From an uncultured Nitrospiraceae bacterium (GTDB lineage: Bacteria > Nitrospirota > Nitrospiria > Nitrospirales > Nitrospiraceae), in assembly GCA_963730935.1 (NCBI GenBank), contig CAVSTP010000004.1:832001-896000 (forward strand): 64,000 nucleotides of DNA, written 5' to 3'. Both the position numbers and the translations under genes were made by a program. Shown in pieces: positions 60,217 to 64,000 of the stretch; position 1 is the stretch's first letter; the number at the start of each line of letters is the position of its first letter. The notes beneath the pieces are model-generated. The model did no database searches, was not told where the DNA came from, and saw nothing but the letters and a program-made list of their open reading frames with translations.

Positions 60217-60430
60217 AGTCTAAGAGGAGCGATCTTAGTACGTACGCCGCAATTTCGCAACGCGCAATGGTCGAAGTAAAGGGGTCTGGGGCGATGCACC
60301 GATGGACCTAGCCAACGATAAAAAGTACAATAGCACCGGTTCTTCTTGCAACCTACCGCGTTAGGTCGTCATCACTCTGTGGGCTTCACTTCGGCTAGGG
60401 AACATAGGGCCAGCGCACGGGGGAGTACAT

Positions 60431-61891
60431 ATGCAAAAGACACGCATTATCTGCACGATCGGCCCGGCTACGGAATCATACGAGATGTTGCAGAAGATGT
60501 ACGAGGCCGGGATGAGTATCGCGCGACTGAACATGTCCCACGGCGACCACGACTCGCACGCCAAGGTCATCCAACACATTAAGACGCTCAACAAGAAGGT
60601 CAAGTTTCCCATCCCTATCCTCCTGGATACGCAGGGCCCGTCGATCCGCACCGGGAACCTTTCCAACGAGCTCGATCTGCGGCAGGGCGCCATCGTCTCC
60701 GTCACCACGCGCGGGCCGATGGACGTTGAAGAGAGCTCCATCCACATTGACTATGAGGACTTGCTTGAGCAGGTCAACGTCGGGGACAAGATCACTGTGG
60801 ATAACGGATTGATCAATTTGGAGGTGCTGGAGAAGGAAGAGCGCCATATGCGGTGCCGTGTCTTGGACGGTGGGCTCTTGAAGAGTAAGCGCCACGTCAA
60901 TCTCCCGGGTATCCGTGTCAATCTGCCGGCGATCACGCAAAAGGACACCAAGGATATTCTGTTCGGCCTGGAACGGGATGTGGACTTCATCGCGCTTTCG
61001 TTCGTCCGTGAAGCCGCGGATATTCAGCAGCTCAAGGGACTCATGGGTGAAAAGGTCGGAAGGGTGAAGATTGTCGCAAAGATCGAGGACCAGGAAGGCG
61101 TGCGAAACCTGGAGGAGATCATCAGGGAATCGGATGGCATTATGGTCGCGCGTGGCGATCTGGGGGTGGAGATCAACATCGAGGATTTGCCGAATGTCCA
61201 GCGCACGATCGTACAGCGTTGTGCCGAGCACGGGAAACGTGTGATCGTTGCCACCCATCTCCTCGAATCCATGATCCACAATCCGCACCCTACCCGCGCC
61301 GAAGTCACGGACGTCGCCAACGCGATCTATGAAGAAGCCGATGCCGTCATGCTGTCCGGAGAAACCACGGTTGGGAAGTATCCGGTGAAATGTGTCGAAT
61401 ACCTGCGCAAGATCGCGCTGAAATCCGAGACGATTCCCGGATTGCGGTTTGCGAAACAATTGCGCGATACGGGCAATAAACAACAATTGGCGGCGGCGGC
61501 CGTTCAGCTCGCCGAGGGGGTCAACGCCAAGGGCATCGTCGTGATCACCAGACGGGGACTCATGGCCGATCTTGTCGCAAACTGCCGTCCGTTCTCGACC
61601 AACATCTATGCCTTTACCAACATGAGCCAACCGCGACGGACCATGATGCTCAACCGTGGTGTCTTTCCGTTCAAGATTGATTTCAGTTCGGACCCTGAAA
61701 AGACGCTGCAAACGGCGTTCCGGATCTTGAAGGAGCGAGAACAGTTTCAGGTTGGGGACAAGGTCGTGATCATCTCGGACGTGCTGGCTCAGCAACGTGT
61801 CGACTCGATTCAGATTCGTGATGTCCCCACGGATGACCTCTCGCCCGAAGCTTCTTCCGCAACGGGTGTAGTCTCCCCATCGATGGGGTAG
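60431..61891 (+). CDS. pyk: Pyruvate kinase
   Basis: TRIICTIGPA, RLNMSHG, AKIE, MVARGDLG, MLSGET; promoter TGGACC-N17-TACAAT at 60303-60331. Confidence 0.95.
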   Translation: MQKTRIICTIGPATESYEMLQKMYEAGMSIARLNMSHGDHDSHAKVIQHIKTLNKKVKFPIPILLDTQGPSIRTGNLSNELDLRQGAIVSVTTRGPMDVEESSIHIDYEDLLEQVNVGDKITVDNGLINLEVLEKEERHMRCRVLDGGLLKSKRHVNLPGIRVNLPAITQKDTKDILFGLERDVDFIALSFVREAADIQQLKGLMGEKVGRVKIVAKIEDQEGVRNLEEIIRESDGIMVARGDLGVEINIEDLPNVQRTIVQRCAEHGKRVIVATHLLESMIHNPHPTRAEVTDVANAIYEEADAVMLSGETTVGKYPVKCVEYLRKIALKSETIPGLRFAKQLRDTGNKQQLAAAAVQLAEGVNAKGIVVITRRGLMADLVANCRPFSTNIYAFTNMSQPRRTMMLNRGVFPFKIDFSSDPEKTLQTAFRILKEREQFQVGDKVVIISDVLAQQRVDSIQIRDVPTDDLSPEASSATGVVSPSMG

Positions 61892-61911
61892 CCTCTGCGA
61901 AACAGAACCGC

Positions 61912-61944
61912 TGTCAGGGACCATCTGGCCGCGCGTGGCGGGCC
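61912..61944 (+). repeat. Array repeat copy
   Basis: TGTCAGGGACCATCTGGCCGCGCGTGGCGGGCC. Confidence 0.75.
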
Positions 61945-62192
61945 TGCCGCGGAGAACTTGAACACCTCTACCCTGGAGCCGGCCCGGCGCGACGGTTTTC
62001 CCCACCGGTCATGCCGTTCGTTATTCCTCCGGCTTTCAAACCACATAGACCCGGCCCCTCTGAAAAAGTACAATGTCCCCGTTTGTTTCCAGTAGGCTGC
62101 TGCGCGAGGAAGAAGCACGGGAAGTGCTGACTTTGACGCGAACCGATGATTGCACCAAGTCGCCGACAGTGCCCATACCTAGGAGGGATCGC

Positions 62193-62762
62193 ATGACACG
62201 CATGATGCAGCAGCATACTTGCACACTGATACTCGGACTGACCGCCCTAGTAGGGTTCACGCTGGCAGGGAGTCCTGCCGGTGCGGTTTCCCCATCCGAT
62301 TCAAGTTCAGCCACGCATTTCTCCGACAAAAATTGGGACAGGAAGCTGCCGAGCGCTACGCGGTTTACCATCTTGAGCGCCTTCGGAGATGCGGCCGTGC
62401 GTGACAATGAAACAGGGCTGGTATGGGAAAAGACTCTGGAAACGGCCGAGATGTCCTGGACCGAGGCTCGTGCTGCCTGCGCCGATAGGGACGTCGGCGG
62501 ACGGAAAGGCTGGAGGCTGCCATCGATTTCGGAACTGGCGAGTCTGGTGGATCCCGCCATACGATCAGGGCCTGCGCTTCCCCTGGATCATCCTTTTACC
62601 AACGTGTTGACGGACGTGTATTGGTCAGCGACATCGGTGACAGACAATCCCAAAAACGCCTGGCTCGTGTTCTTTGACACCGCCAAGGCGACCTTCGCCG
62701 TGAAGACCATTACCTTTCATTTCTGGTGTGTACGCGGTGACATGACTGCAGATCAGTACTAA
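62193..62762 (+). CDS. DUF1566 (Lcl-domain) exported protein
   Basis: DNETGLVWE, GWRLPSISEL, YWSAT. Confidence 0.85.
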   Translation: MTRMMQQHTCTLILGLTALVGFTLAGSPAGAVSPSDSSSATHFSDKNWDRKLPSATRFTILSAFGDAAVRDNETGLVWEKTLETAEMSWTEARAACADRDVGGRKGWRLPSISELASLVDPAIRSGPALPLDHPFTNVLTDVYWSATSVTDNPKNAWLVFFDTAKATFAVKTITFHFWCVRGDMTADQY

Positions 62763-63547
62763 AGGAGCGGCGTCGGTTTCCATCCGGATAGTACGCACCG
62801 ATGAGCTACTAACGGCGCGAAGCTCGGGACGTCCTCGGACACGGCCGTCATGATTTCATCGGCAAGTTGAGGGTCCTCAAAACACTCGTACACGTCGTCG
62901 AGAAACCCGCCTCGCAACAATGGGTCATGCAAAAATGCGCGTCCGTAACCGGCGGCGACTTCCAAGGGATATTCGTGAACACCGATGCGTTCGAAGCCGA
63001 GTGTGTGAAGCCACCCACGGCCTTCCTCAGCAGACGGCCGTTCAGCGACATAGGCTTCGAGCCGGCGTCGTTCATTGTGCAATCGCCGGACCGCCATTTC
63101 TTGATCGACTCTCCGCCACAGAGAATCGAAAGTGCCAAGCGATGGAAACGTCAGAACGATTTGTCCACCTGGCTTCAGATGTGCCGACAAACCCTGTATC
63201 GCTGCGAGCCGATCGGGTCGGAAGAACATGACCGACAAATTCCCAGTGATTCGATCAAAACTCGGCAGGTTCGACGGCAGTGCGCGCATATCAAGACACT
63301 CGAACCGTAACCAAGGGAGTTGCTGCCCTTGAATGATCCGGGCGCTCCCCACCTGATGCGCACTGAGATCGATACCCAGTACCTGTCCGGCCGGACCTAC
63401 CTGCTCGGCAAGATGGAAGGCAGGAATCCCATGCCCTGAAGCCACATCCAAAATTGTCGCTCCAGAGAAGAGGTCCAGATGCGTGAGCAACGATTCGGCG
63501 AACGGGGTCGACCAGGGGTCATGTTTGGGAAGAGGCCAAGACGGCAC
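62759..63547 (-). CDS. Class I SAM-dependent methyltransferase
   Basis: ILDVASGHG, GIDLS, LKPGG. Confidence 0.8.
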   Translation of the reverse strand: MPSWPLPKHDPWSTPFAESLLTHLDLFSGATILDVASGHGIPAFHLAEQVGPAGQVLGIDLSAHQVGSARIIQGQQLPWLRFECLDMRALPSNLPSFDRITGNLSVMFFRPDRLAAIQGLSAHLKPGGQIVLTFPSLGTFDSLWRRVDQEMAVRRLHNERRRLEAYVAERPSAEEGRGWLHTLGFERIGVHEYPLEVAAGYGRAFLHDPLLRGGFLDDVYECFEDPQLADEIMTAVSEDVPSFAPLVAHRCVLSGWKPTPLL

Positions 63548-63862
63548 GGAAACCCTTTCAATCTAATCCAGCCAGCCGACAGTGCGATGGCCGGCTACTC
63601 ACCGGAGATTTCAAAGCCTATAGATGGAGGATGATGCGCCTATGCCCGCTTGCGATGCAAGACACCAGCAGGGCCACTCTACTCCAGCTTATTCAGTCTC
63701 GCTCAGGGCTAGTTCATCCAAGCAAGGATCCGTCCAAGTCTCGCCCTAACGCACTAGTCCGCAGTCATATTTCGACTATTTCTTGCTAAACAGAAAGCCC
63801 TATCGCAGGATGGCGGAGACTACGTTCTGTTCACTTCATTTGCAACCTTAAAGGAGGGCGTT

Positions 63863-64000
63863 ATGGGAATGGGTAGAGTTCTCGTAGTAGATGATGAGGC
63901 GCATATCAGAACGACCGTCAGAATGGCACTGACCAAAGCTGGATATGACGTCGTCGAGGCAGAAGATGGTGAAAAGGGAATCCAGGCGATCAAGTCAGAC
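63863..64000 (+). CDS. Response regulator (3' truncated by window edge)
   Basis: MGMGRVLVVDDEAHIRTTVRMALTKAGYDVVEAEDG; AGGAGG RBS; similar to 46155-46616. Confidence 0.75.
   Translation, partial: MGMGRVLVVDDEAHIRTTVRMALTKAGYDVVEAEDGEKGIQAIKSD

Larger units (their letters stand above)
4265..61944 (+). repeat. Dispersed co-oriented repeat array (about 40 copies) delimiting gene-carrying units
   Basis: Consensus AACCATTTCGCGGCGCGTGGCGGGCCGG recurs between genes; the clearer copies are listed separately. Confidence 0.9.

Noticed and set aside
4265..61944. CRISPR array interpretation of the repeats
   Set aside because: Spacers are hundreds to thousands of bp and contain whole genes; repeats are degenerate; no cas genes are present.
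4265..61944. Classical integron (attC) interpretation
   Set aside because: No RYYYAAC...GTTRRRY-bounded long palindromes, no tyrosine integrase in the window, and cargo genes lie on both strands.
61978..62001. Possible minus-strand repeat copy (GGAAAACCGTCGCGCCGGGCCGG)
   Set aside because: Too degenerate to distinguish from chance in GC-rich DNA; it was the only reverse-strand candidate noticed.
60476..62005. 509-aa minus-strand ORF
   Set aside because: Antisense shadow of pyruvate kinase caused by codon bias; no recognisable motifs.

Overview
Accessory-type bacterial region, most likely from a Nitrospira-like genome (inferred from gene style only). It begins with a KdpD/KdpE-type two-component pair, followed by about 75 mostly short, functionally unrelated genes on both strands: exported proteins and lipoproteins, SDRs, hydrolases, PilZ and receiver proteins, a RES-Xre toxin-antitoxin pair, a frameshifted ppk1, adenine deaminase, pyruvate kinase and a cation:proton antiporter behind a fluoride riboswitch. 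The dominant unexplained structure is a dispersed, co-oriented repeat (consensus about AACCATTTCGCGGCGCGTGGCGGGCCGG). I counted about 40 copies by eye between 4.27 and 61.9 kb, all clear copies on the + strand and almost all between genes, dividing the region into 0.2-6.7 kb gene-carrying units. The core is preceded by a few alternative upstream motifs (AAAAGGTGTCAGGAACC, AAACGGGGACATTCTG, GGGGACAGGCTACTTT and others) and is often followed by a pyrimidine tract and a sigma70-like promoter. One copy cuts off the N-terminus of a Y1 HUH (RAYT/IS200-like) transposase, which has one of these motifs just upstream of its start codon. This suggests an integron-like gene-cassette array without attC sites or an integrase, possibly built by HUH transposases (inference). 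All calls and coordinates were read by eye without database searches.
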